Under the pieces are notes generated by a model, which saw nothing but the letters and a program-made list of their open reading frames with translations, was not told the DNA's origin and ran no database searches. Source: Bigelowiella natans CCMP2755 (lineage: Eukaryota; Protista; Cercozoa). Taken from it: 64,000 bases of DNA. The stretch's first letter is position 1; each line of letters opens with the position of its first letter. Of this stretch, positions 42,121-54,516 are shown piece after piece. The stretch spans positions 124,001-188,000 of the forward strand of contig ADNK01000029.1 in NCBI GenBank assembly GCA_000320545.1, written 5' to 3'. The translations under genes and the position numbers were made by a program.

Positions 42121-42720
42121 GTGATATGAATATGATGGGATTGATTTGCAATGGGGTCGATGTATTTTTATTCTACGACAAGGAACTGGATCGTTGTCGT
42201 ACTGTAGAAAATAAATCTTGCACAAAATTGTGTCAATAATACCGTTAGGTTTCGTTGTCTGGTGAAAAACTCTCCAGATTTTTTTTAAGAGAACGCGCTG
42301 TTCATCTCATTTTTTTCGAGTACGCAGCAGGCCAAAGAAGAGAAGAAGAGCACATGTCGCATTTTTTACCTGCGATTCCGCCTTAACCCATCCTCCAGAT
42401 GCAACCCAACAGTGTCTACGTAGACTGCGTTTTTGGTACCACAGGATACCACAGGAACTACTTCATCTATCATACTGACCAAACGACGAGGTGAAATCGA
42501 TGTCGTACCTTGATTTCGTAGCTTGAATTTGATGCCAAATTTGAAATTGGAAACGTTTGCTTACGAGATAACACGTAGACTCCAAAATGGCAAAAATAAA
42601 AAGCTTCTCAAATGGAGATCGTTTTTAGTCGAAAACCCGCTATTTTGGCATGACGTAGAGGTGAAAAGGGCTTCACCTGGGATTGTTTCCCTCACAAGCA
42701 AGAGAGGAGACACAGCCACG

Positions 42721-43740
42721 ATGAAGATGATGGAATGCTGCTTCCACACCACAGCCTCTGTCCCCACCCTAGTTCACACCATTCTCCGAGTCTTCACGTT
42801 TTTATTATTAATTGGTGGAGCGAGAGCCACGTTGGCTTCTTCTCAGGTGAAGATTTTTTAGATCGAACTAAAATATAGCTATTGAAAATTTCCGTGTGGT
42901 AGAAGTGTCACAGATCTTGTATTCCCTGGTGCTGCTTTGATTTCGGTTTAAGCTGGGTCAGGGTGTTCGTGACAATTGTGTATGTATTTCTATGATATTC
43001 ATTTTCTCAAGAGATTGCAAAACATTTGGACTGAAGAAATTGCGTATGATACGATACAACAGAGCCCAGTTGTTCAGGAGTTGCTTTCATCAAACCAGAC
43101 TGCTGTTCTGGTGATTGACATGCAAAATGACTTCTGCCATCCCGAGGGCGTGAACAGGCGAATCATGAAATGGCCGGATGTGTGCTCCCCAACAGTGCCT
43201 CACATTCATGGCGTTGTTAACGCTGCGAGGCGGAACGATCTCCCGGTAATTTGGATCAACGCGGACTACTCCCCGAACGTGGTTTCAGCAGCTTTCGATG
43301 CCAAGCTTCGAGAGCGTGGTGAGGAGGGACGGCCTTGTGTTTCAGAGTGGGGCCAAGACATCATCGAGGAGCTCAAGCCATCGAAATCGCTAATGGAGAG
43401 TAGGGGAAACAAGGAATTCATTATGATGAAACCAACATTTAATGCCTTCACAGATACCTCACTCGAGGAGGAACTTAGGCTGCGCGGCATTGAAACAGTC
43501 GTGGTAACAGGAGTTGCTACTTCTATTTGCGTCGAATCGACGGTGCGCTCAGCAATGTTCCAGGGTTTCCATACCGTTGTAGTACGAGAGGGAGTTGGTG
43601 ACCTTCCTGATCGGAATAGAGATTCTCTTGACCGAGTCGATCTCTTGTTCGGATACGTTGCTTCTTCCTTGGACATTATAGCCTCTTGGCTCGTGGACAA
43701 AAACCTTTTCGTAGATAAACATTCCATGTCCAGTATGTGA
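42721..43740 (+). CDS. Isochorismatase/cysteine-hydrolase family protein (RutB/nicotinamidase-like) with a hydrophobic N-terminal exon
   Basis: Catalytic Asp (VIDMQNDF), Lys (MKPTFNAF) and Cys (GVATSICVESTVRSA). Probable exon 1 MKMMECC...TFLLLIGGARATLASSQ spliced (about 42847-43011) to RLQNIWTEE. Confidence 0.88.
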
Positions 43741-44889
43741 AGGAAAGATTGAACTCTTCTAATCAACAATCATGATGAGTCGCCAATTAGACTAGACCAT
43801 TTTCCAGAGAATAAGACATTTTGCCTAGATTTATTCTCCAAGCGAAGCTCTAGATGGGTGGCTAACGACATTCTACGTATTTGATCCAGCCGGATCGGAA
43901 ATTAATGATACAGTGAAGAACTCTCCGTCGTTGGTCTCTCACGTCAGAGTATGAATGCCCCGTTTGGTCCGTAATCCGGCGAAACTTATCTTATGCCAAA
44001 GACGAAATCTAATCACAAACATTGTAAATAAAGTCAGAGCTGATCTCAATCTAAATCTCCTCGAAGTCAAACAATTCTAAGCCATTTTTTCCTAAAAAAT
44101 CCGATAAAATCTCAACTGTAACTTAGAAAATCTCAAAATTTTACCCCTGTATAGAAAGAAACGTGTATATTTTTAATGACGATACATAAACTTCGATGGT
44201 GTATAGTTAAAAATTTTAGACCTAAACTGTCTGGAAGATAACAAAGGATATTCTCCACAGTTTCAGTCATTTTGGTGTTCTTTGAAACCCAACAAGCTAT
44301 AAGCGTACTGTAAATCAATTTTGACGGAAGGAGACGTAAAGATACAGAAAAGCAGTGAAACTCCTTGATCCCGACTTAATAAAAGGGAATGAAAAGTATA
44401 TGCAGTGTCTGATCCATGCATGCATTTATCTATGAAATATTCAGTGAACACCATATCTCGAGAGTGACATATAGGTCATAATTTTGGTTGCACAGAGCAA
44501 AAGACCCGCAAGATTAAGAAAAGTGTAGAGAAATTTGACATGATTTGTGTACATGTTCACGTTAAGAAGTAAGATTATTATGAAATAAAAAAATCAAGCT
44601 AATATCCTATCCTGGCATCACCTCTGATGGTCATTGGAGCGCAGCTGCGTTCAGCAATTTGCTTACATTTCTTTATTATACCATTATGTGCCATCCAGTA
44701 TGCTAGATTCGAAAGATGCTGTGATTACACGTACGTTACATGGATTGTGGTGTGACGACTGATGGCTGGATGTACTCTGATAGATGCACTTATGCGTACG
44801 TATGCGTGAATGGCATGTATTGCCTGTACGTTCACATCGTACTCTATGCGATAGCTAGATAGCTTAGACACATATGATTATACATCAGT

Positions 44890-45059
44890 GCTGTAGCTGC
44901 TGCATTGCACAGCTACATGAGGATGTGTATTTAACAATTTTAATTGAGAATTATTACATCCGTCTTCTATGTTACTTGAGTATCAGACGGATGTGAATGA
45001 ATGATTAAATTTTTTAATTGTCATTTTCTAATGTAGCTATTTAAAGCGGCGGCTGCAGC
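44890..45059. repeat. Dispersed repeat, copies 4 and 5 in inverted arrangement (~170-bp imperfect palindrome, MITE-like)
   Basis: 44890-44969 gctgtagctgc...agctacatgaggatg...ttacatccgtct (minus) and 44981-45059 tatcagacggatgt...ctaatgtagcta...gcggcggctgcagc (plus). Confidence 0.75.
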
Positions 45060-45165
45060 TAGACACATAGCATATATATGTAATGCTTTCTAGATTCATA
45101 ATTGTTTACATGTTTGGCTGTGCACATAGCTAGATAGTCTAGATAGTGCACAGACACATACAATG

Positions 45166-45262
45166 TGCGAGATGGGTGCAATGAAATGATTACATTTTTT
45201 CAATAGCTAGATTGTCATGTCCTGACTAATGTATCTCTGCATATAGCTGCGGCAATTGCAGC
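45166..45262 (+). repeat. Dispersed repeat, copy 6 (degenerate)
   Basis: gagatgggtgcaatgaaatgattacattttttcaat...gtcatgtcct...aatgtatc. Confidence 0.5.
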
Positions 45263-45601
45263 ACTTAAATGCTGTTTGTTGGGCGTCTGCAATTAGCACA
45301 TCGTGTCGCATGATGCGCACACTAGCACACATCACACACTACGCGCAAGCATGCACAGCACATGCTATGCAGCTCTAGCAGAGTGGCTAGCCGCCTATTG
45401 ATCACATAGCATCCACACAATTGTAAGCTGGCACAATAATTAATGAACGTGCTGCTCAATAGATGCCTAACTAATGGCATTTGAATATTGTAGTAGGGTG
45501 GCCGATCAATGCAAGAATACATGCATGAAGGCTGAACTGTAAAAACTGTGCGATTTACTGTGCAATATGATTGTGAGTCGTTATTGGAGCCCTTCCGAAT
45601 G

Positions 45602-48600
45602 TCACCGCAAACGGCGACGCGAGCGCCTACGCTCAGCATTGACGCGTTCAATCTCTCTGCGAAGCGTTTCCATCGGTTCCTCCTCATCATCCCTCTCTGC
45701 GTAGCCATCATCTTCGCTCAATAGATTGACAGATTCCTCATTCATCGGCTCGTTCATCGGCTTGCTCTCAGCGCCACTCGATGGCGTTATCTTAAACAAG
45801 GGAACCTCGAACAAACTTCGTACCTGAATCAAGCAACCCGAAACAAGTAACATCAATTCTCATCTGCTTGCACATCGAAAACACAAACACAACGCACTGG
45901 CGCGAAGCGATGTAAATTAACTGACCTTGGCAACGGTAGCGTTCCTCCTTGACCTTGGTTTGAAGTCATGGCTGTAACTACTTTCATAGCCCCCCCCTCG
46001 GAATCTTGGAGGAAAATCATCCTCTACCTCGTAACGCGGATCCTGCATCACCCAATCTGGAGGCGTCACGCTGCTACGGGAGCTGCTATATGGTTGTTGG
46101 AGAGGTGAAGATCCAACTTGACTAATGCGGGCCTCATCAGCCTCCTCATTGTTACTACTACCCTTGACAGCTTCAGCACCGTGAAACACGTATGGTGACT
46201 TGAACGAATTCTGCTGATGATCTCCAGGCGCATCCATCATAGGCTTGTTATGTTCACTCCGGTTGTTACGAGGACAATGCTGATGAGAGGCAAGGTGGAC
46301 GGGGAGGGGCACTATCGATGCCGGCTGCATATGCTGCGGGGGAGGAGGTGTGACTTGTACCGGCGTGCTATGCGGCGCAGGGATTTTGAGCACCGCGGCA
46401 CCGACAGTGGGGGGGCTTAGTCGCAGAACTTCGGGCAGAGTCTCATTTTGAGAGCAGTCTGTGATGACACTTGTCGGAGGGGAGGGGGTAAGGATATACT
46501 GCTGCTGCTGAGGTATTGGTGTGGTGTGAGGCGAGTGGATTTGGGGGAACGAATACGGTCTTGGGGTCATCATCATGTTATTTGTAGTTGTAGGAGTGGT
46601 GGAAGAAGCATTGATACGAATCCTATCATGCTGCTGCTGTAGTACACCACCCACATCGAGCAGCGGCACTGGTTGCAATCCCAGCGCAGCAGCAGCAAGC
46701 TCTGGATTTGATGTTTGAAGTCGCCTACCATCATCCTCCTGCCTTTGGTACTGCTGATGATGCAGATGGACCAGCTCGATTACCTTTGCACGGAGAACGC
46801 GCGTCATTAAGACCTGAGTAGAGACAAATAATCATAATGAACGTCTGATGGGAGATGATAGCACGAGGGGATTGGTCAATATTCCAGACGCGAAATTTAA
46901 GTTGCACTCGCGCAGCATCATCTGTTATCAGATCGTATCCAAATGAACCACCTTTCGCTGGTTGAGGAGTCGCAATCTGTGTCTTAATGTGTTGATTGTG
47001 TCGTTGAAGCGTGGGTCCCAAGTGATGGCCATCAATTTGGTGCTTGGAGAAAGAAGAGGAGGATCACCGTGACCGTTCTTGCTTGCATGGGCGACGGAGT
47101 AATCGCTTTTATAGCCCGTCGAAGAATTGGAATGGTGGATTGCAACGTGGATCTAATTTTTGACAGGAAAGGATGATGAGCAATAGGAGGAAGACAGGGG
47201 GGGGGGCACATAATAGCCAGCGGACATCGTTGTCAATCTATGCTATCATCCATCTATCTTTCAGCTCTTACACCACGCTCATATATGAATATGAAATAAA
47301 TAAGTGATACCTTGGAGAGCTGTTGAATCAAGCGGTCCCGCTCGGATTGCGCGATGATCTTTCTGCGTTCGTCGCTACTACCTTCGATGATGTTCTCCCT
47401 GGTAGCAGCTGCTGCGGCGCGGGTTGAAAGCAAGCGTGAATTTATGAGCTGAGCCACGTGCCTCCTCACAGCCAGACGTCGCCGTTCCTCGATCTCCTTT
47501 GCTCCCGTTGCTTCGAGAGTCCTCATACGCTTGCGGATGGTCTGGTTGAAGAAGTCAGTCAGTTGTTGGGAGAATAAGCAGATGAGAAGAGAGTTACTAC
47601 TTGCTGCCAATGATGAACAAATGATGATGTGTGGGCCTACTACTACTTCTTCTTCTTCTTCTACTACTACTACTACTACTACTACTATATAGTTGGCTGA
47701 AATAATCATAGGAATCTCTTTCTCTCCCAACCCCCCCACCCCCCCCTTTCTCTCTTTCTTTCCCGCGAGTTACTGTTATTCCGCTGTGCAGACGGTTGTG
47801 CGAAACAAAAGAGAAAATGAACGTGAAGGAGAGAAATAGAGAAAAGCAACAGGCAAACAACCGTTGCCTCTTCGACGCAATGCTTGAGGCTCGAAGCAAG
47901 TCTCAAAAGCGTCTTCTTCTCCCGGAGGAGCCACATGGTTTTGTTGATCTTATGAACGGGGAATGATGAATCGGACGAGTTGAAGTCAGCAGATGGACGT
48001 GATGATGGTTTCCTTCCAGAATCTGCGGGAAGCTCTTGAAGTGTTGGTAACTTTTGCTTGATTGGCTCCTTTGTGGTTGTGGGAGATATCGATTTATTGC
48101 TCTCAGCATCATAGTTGAGATGTTCCTCCGACTGCCCCTGTGCCTTTTCTCTAGTTATGTTCTCCCACCGCTCGAACGCCTCCTTTTGCTTCAACGACTG
48201 AACAAAAAACGATAAAGACGAAAACGGATTTGAAAACACATACTTCATCGCAATTGCACTTATGGAGAAATTCGTGAGAAAAATGCTTGAAGAAACGACG
48301 TGCATTATGATGCCTTTATCGCCTTTATCACAACGTTAAAATGTTGAAGACTTTTAAAAGGAATAGGAAGTTGTTTGAAACAAATCATTTTGTGCATATA
48401 TCCTTGTTGATAATCAGAATCGTGAGATTGTGCATTCACAACAACAACCAACTACTACTACATTCTCTTCTTTGGCTACCTTGGCCACTCGCTCAGCAGC
48501 AACAGTCGCTACCTTTTTCAACCTACACACACACAGACATATATATATATATATATATATATATAGACCCCCCCCCACACACACACACACACATAGATTA

Positions 48601-50944
48601 TTCATTTACACGTCTTTGTACTTTCTGTACTTGGCCTGATATCCCCATCCCCCCCCCCCCCCCCCTCTTCTCTTTATTAGGCATCGCTTCTTCCCCGCGC
48701 ACCTGTGCTCAAGTTCCCTCTCCAGATTCTTCAACGCCGATGTGGCCTTTGCTATGGCCTGACACCACCACCACCACCACCGAGTAGAAGAGTAAATGAA
48801 GGCAAAAAGAGGGAGAGGAAACATGGAATGGGGCATGGAGACGCATTGGCCAACCATCAGCTTCAAACAGAATGGTGTGTGTTTATTGACGTTAATGGCC
48901 GGTGGCTCATTATCATGTACCAATTGGGCGCTCAGCCTCTCCGTCTGGGTCCTCCGCTGATTCTGCGCTTTGGCCGTCGCGAGCTCTCGCCCGACCAACA
49001 TCGCAACGTTTTTCCTGACTCCCTCGGTCATGTTCATCCGCTCTAAGGAGGACATCACGGAGTGGAAGTCGCTGCTGTGGCTCTTTCTGGGCTGCTCTAG
49101 TGCCTCTACAACACGCGGCGACTGTTCCTTCTTTGCTGCGGAATAGTCCATAGCAGCGACCGAGGATGATAAATGGGGATAACGTGTCGTAGAAGTAGTA
49201 GTAGTAGTGGTAGTAGTAGTAGCAAAGCTTGCCGCCTCCATACTCGTGACTGAACTGCCAGCCTTGCCCATTGCTGCTGATAGTGATGATACCCGTGACG
49301 CTAACAAAGGCAGTGGCGGCGAAGCTGCTGCACCGAAGGGTTGGATACTCGCCGACGGTGGCTGCGAGGGTAAAGTCGTTGTACTTCCTTCGGCGATATA
49401 CAGCTGCGGCACACCTTCGTACGTCATCTTCCCCTCAACCAATTGCGGTGGTTGTGGTTGTGGTTGTGGTTGTGGTTGTGGTTGTGGTAGTGGTGGTGGT
49501 GGTGGCGATTTTTGGTGAAATCGTTCCTCACGCTGTGTCTCTCTCTGCTGCCTTTCGAACAGGAAAACGTGAGCGGATACCGCAGGTCCAGCACATAAGA
49601 CACAAGGAATTATCTGGAACATCATACGATCGTGAGTACAAATGAAAATTGCAAAGATGTCTGTAATGGGAACGAATAATTACCGCTTTAGATTGCTTAT
49701 GCCAAGACACGGAACCGCATTCCATGCATTTGTATTCAAGCAGTGCGTTGTCTCTTTCCTCTTCATTGGAGATAGGCATCCACTGTTTCTGTGGCTGCTT
49801 TACATCAATTACGTCAACATTTGTAGGAATGGCGAGATGATGCCCTTCCTCATCCCGCTGCTGCTGACGTGAATAATCATCGGCGATGCCAACAAGGGCT
49901 TCAGCTATGGACTCAGCCAGTTTGCCGTTCGGGGCCTCTACCTTCTGCAAATCTTGCCTTTCGTCAACGGGTGCATGCTTTCCCCCCCGACCTGATTCAG
50001 CTGGAAAGTACGGCGGGCCTTGTGCTTCTTCTTGTGCTTGTACTGTAGGGTAGTTGTATGCGTAGACAACACGGTCTTCTGTAGTCAGACGCTCGTCTAT
50101 ATTTACTTCCACAGCGCGGTCCGTGTCTTTGAACAAGTTGGGTGAGGAGGGCGCCATCGTGGGTGTCATCTGCCGGAAGGGTTCCGCCCTAACTACTATG
50201 GGCGGTGCTGATGGACCCTGTGGCGGGGATGGCTGTGGTGGCGATGATGGTGGCGGTGACCGTGCCTCCTGTGGCGATCTTACCTTCTTTGGCGACCCCT
50301 CTTTCTGTGGAGATCTCTGTCTTTTCACCTCTTCCCTTTTAGTCTCAGTATATCTTGCCACATCATCGGTTGCAGAGGTTGTCGTCTCTTCATCCTCATC
50401 GATCGGAGTCTCCACCGTTGGTTTCTGGGTGGGCTCAGGAGTTGGTCTTCTTGTAGGCTTTCGGGTGGGAGGGGGTGTAGTCACTTTCTTTTGCTTCCTG
50501 GCATTCCCCTTCGTCTTTTCAACTGAGACACATGAAAACATTTTTGGTTAATAGTATCACGGGGTTTTTGAGAAATGGATTTCTCAAACCTCCAGGATCT
50601 TCTGTCACGGTTGTTTGCCAGTCAGAAGGATTTGTAACCTAATTTTTCAGAAAAAGATTAAACGGCTTATAGCGGGCCACTACTTTGAAGATGATTGACA
50701 GCTTTCCTACTGAGAACGCACCTCAAAATCGGAGGAGTGCATTTCAAATTTGTTTCTTTTCTTAGTTTTCCTTCCCCTGTTCTTCATACTACGTTGATTT
50801 GTCGAAATTTTTGATGCTTTCTTCTTTGCTTTTGGTTTTGTGGATGTCTTCACGTTTGAAGAACGCCTACTTTCTTCCTTGTGCCTCCGTCGTCGGGTTT
50901 GAGCACCTTCGTACTCATCAGTCTTCTCTTCAGACATCTGAAAG

Positions 50945-51040
<96 letters not shown>

Positions 51041-51282
51041 GTATACCCAATCATTCAAACATCTACAGGCTATGTACCAGAGTAATATCATCTGACACAA
51101 TTTTGTTCAGAGGGTCTTCATCCGTGTCCCCGGCCATCCACCTGGGTGTATGATATACCACCAAACATGTTATAATAGTAGCCTTTTGCTGAAATACCAA
51201 CACGTACGTTTCAGCAAATACTAAAACTACATTACCATGGACGAGGCTTCGTTCGCTTACGGAGCTGGTATGGCAGAGCCAT
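45602..51282 (-). CDS. Large Pro/Ser/Thr/Gln-rich protein of unknown function with a CxxC...CxxC motif and predicted coiled segments, multi-exon
   Basis: Long same-strand ORFs (49528..50541, 48606..49625, 47706..48305, 47254..47739, 45917..46807, 45602..45856) are bounded by GT-AG sites. Start is MALPYQLRKRTKPRPW or the upstream MRML. No family recognised. Confidence 0.7.
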
Positions 51283-52127
51283 CCTCAATTTTTTTGCTGG
51301 CTCCGGTACTCGAATTTTACGATGTCCCCAGTAAATTCTGAGCATTCTCATGTCATTGAAAGTAGTGGATGAATTGCGAATAAGTATGCACATTAGTAAT
51401 AATTCGCTAACACCTGCAGAGAAGTAGTATTCCAAACAGTAGGGCGGAGGTTCTGAGGCAAAAAAGAACTTTGTGTAGCATCATTGAGTGACGACGTCGA
51501 AGCATTATTCCTTGGAGTAAAGCCACAGTCCACGCGGAACATTCGAGATTCGGACCTTCAGTCCTATTTACACTTTCCTTTGCCTAATGTTCCACCCCTG
51601 AACCGGGGGGACTTATTGGGCCTTTTCATCTTTTCGTTCGGTTTTCGGGGGGGGAGGTGAACGGAAAGGGCTCCCCGCCTTTTCGGGTATGCAGGGAATG
51701 GCAGCCCTTTTCGCCTTGAGTCAAATCGCATATGTTGTCGTAGATAAAATACGACATAATACTGGAGAGACCGGACGATCCTCACGCACGACAAGTGACA
51801 TCGTGGACTTTTAGACATTTTCTCCCCCTTCGCCACTGTGGCATGTGGTAATTCTTGATGCCCAACTCGCACGCGATGTGGAAAAAGTGCAGTGGAGATA
51901 GTGCTGCTCGAAGGCAGCAAGCGAAGATCTTTGCATCTGCTTCTATCGTAAGCAGAAACAAATTAAAGTAGTCAGTTTTAGTAGCCGGACTTACCATCAA
52001 TATCTACATTGCGACCGAGGGCATTAGTTTCCTTTATTGGAAAACGCGACCCGCCAGGATATTCTCTCTAGCATTCAATCGCTGAAAATCTATTTGGCAC
52101 GCGCCGCACTAGCCATTATACTTGAAA

Positions 52128-53935
52128 ATGTCAGAGGGTAAAAAGGTACCAACAAATCTTTTGGAATAGCTGGCCTTGGAATAGCTTAAATATTGAAAAT
52201 CTATTGCAGAAAGCATTTCTTGACGATGTTTCGAAAGGAGATACCAACCTGAAAAGTGTAACTCCAAAAGTTAGTGATAATCTCACAAGAACAAAGGTAG
52301 GTAACTTAGCTTAAATGTTTGAAGATTATTCTTACTAAATTCCTCCAAGGTTTTGGGGAATATCAAGAAGGGGGCAGAGTTGAACAAGGTAAGATTCTCT
52401 CAAAGGGCAGTCGGCCACTTTTAAAACGATGGCTGAAGAATTCCACAACTTCATCAGGTTACCAAACCGTCGGAAGAACTTACTCGAGCTCAAAAGTACC
52501 AGTTCCGCAAAGAGCGTAAGAATTTATTCTTATTTACGGAATGATCTTCGAACCATCTTGACAATGACATAGGCGCGGAAGCGAAGGGGGAGTCTTTCGT
52601 CGAAAAACTGGATGAGGAAGGCCTTAAATTTTTCAACGAAATTGCATCTGCACCCTTTTCAGAGCAAGCAGTAGCATTTCTTAACGCATATTGGGGGGAA
52701 GTTGGAGCGCAAGCTGAATTCATCTACAGGTATGTGGTTACCATGTACTGGTGGTTGAGATCTTCGTTGTTTGATAGTGAGTTATAATTTGTGATCTATA
52801 GTGTTGCGTGGGATAAATTCAAGTACGCTGATATGCATGCTCGAGGGATCAATTATGTGCATAAGTATAAAGAAGGAAACATGTTGGAGTTCGACATCGG
52901 TTTATACTTCTACGAGCAGCTCTGCAAATTTCTTGAAGACGAGAAGAATTCTGATTGGAAGGATGAGAAGTTCGCTCCGTCCCAACCGAAACTCGTGACT
53001 GCTATCGTCCGTAAAAAGGAGGTAGGTGCTAGGTCACTTCATTATGTCTTTGATGCTCAATCTCAACGATGCTCAAACTGAACAATGTGTGCAGCTTCGG
53101 GATAAAGTTGATGTGAACTTCGACGGGCACGTGAGTATGCTAGAGTATCTTCTTTATCAATATCGCTCCGTTGCAAATCCTGCTGACTTCGTCACTCGCT
53201 CAATGGTACGGTTGTAATCCAAAGAACCACATAACACACCACATAATTCTTGTGCGCGTAGTAACGTGGAAATAATAAATCAACTGTCCCGATGATACAC
53301 ATCAGAATCACGACGAACATCCTGAGATTCGTAAGGCCCGCCTTGCCCTAGAGGAGGTGAACAAGCGCATCCAAGAGTATGAGGTTTGCAAAATATTCTG
53401 GTCGCATGTAGTGTGATATCCCATGACGAGCCTTCAACCACCTAATTCTTTTGATTGATTTAATGATATGAACCTAAGTGTTCCTTCTGCCTGTAGGCTG
53501 AAAAACAGCGTCTTACCAACGACTCGAAGAAGTCTGGGGTGAAGGGTTTAAGGGCAAAGAACATGCTTGCTCAACTAAATGCTGGCCCACTCTGGGAAAA
53601 ATTGCAAACGGTACGGTACTCGTGATGTGGAAGATGTATAATCAACGCCACCGTCTTGCCGTAACCATAGATCATTACTGTCCTTGTTACTCGACATTCA
53701 CAGTCCTTTAAACTTAAATGACATTGAAAAATTTCGTGGCTAACATTAACATGTGCAGGCTCTTATCACTGCAGAGGCTGCTGTACGAATTGCGACCAAA
53801 AAGTATGGAGGAAAGTCTTACAAGAAGTCTAGTGGGGGTGGTGGGCGCGCAATGGGCAGCTCGGAGGGGTCCATTTGGTGGTTGAACCGAGATCTAAGGG
53901 AAAAGAAGGAGAAATATGGAAAGACTAAGAAATGA
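52128..53935 (+). CDS. Calcium-regulated actin-bundling protein-like (Dictyostelium 34-kDa ABP family), EF-hand, multi-exon
   Basis: FSEQAVAFLNAYW; EF-hand LRDKVDVNFDGHVSMLEYLLYQY; IRKARLALEEVNKRIQEYE; GVKGLRAKNMLAQL; ALITAEAAVR; GSIWWLNRDLREKKEKYG. Confidence 0.75.
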
Positions 53936-54516
53936 GTTTGCACCGCACAGCATTGTCGAGCTTACTAACACATGACAGTGTGGAGCCTATACACTACCCC
54001 AATCTCGCAGACGCGCAGTATACTAGTATATCTTGGACATCAACATGCAATTTCAGCAGCCGCAAGATGTGCGTACATACGCACGTAGTGTTCGCAACAC
54101 ATCTCTAGATCTATAATGATCTAGACACGGCGGACGAGATACACGCGCATTTCTGGATTTAGATATCTAAACAAAACATGTCTAGGTGTACAAACGTGTG
54201 CAACCTAAAGCGCTATATATAGCTACTATGTAAGGCTTTCTTGCTTTACGGCATACATACATATATACATGCGATGTAACCGGCAAACAAAAGCTAGATG
54301 CGATGCGCATATGTTGCATCGCTGTGTGTGGAAGTATCTAGATCTAGAGCCAGCATAGATCCACAGCCTTCTTTAAGCGGCATTTGCAATCTAGTGAGGC
54401 TCTTTTGTGCTCACTAGCTCACCGATGTTGGAAACCATGAATGATGAATTTTTATAACAGAAATGTATTTTCCACATTAGACGTGTCAGCGCAAAGACAA
54501 ACGAGAACGGTTAAAA

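Noticed and set aside
43771-44045. C/D-box snoRNA (ATGATGA ... CTGA)
   Set aside because: The boxes are too far apart, no terminal stem is evident, and ATGATGA is ubiquitous in this window.
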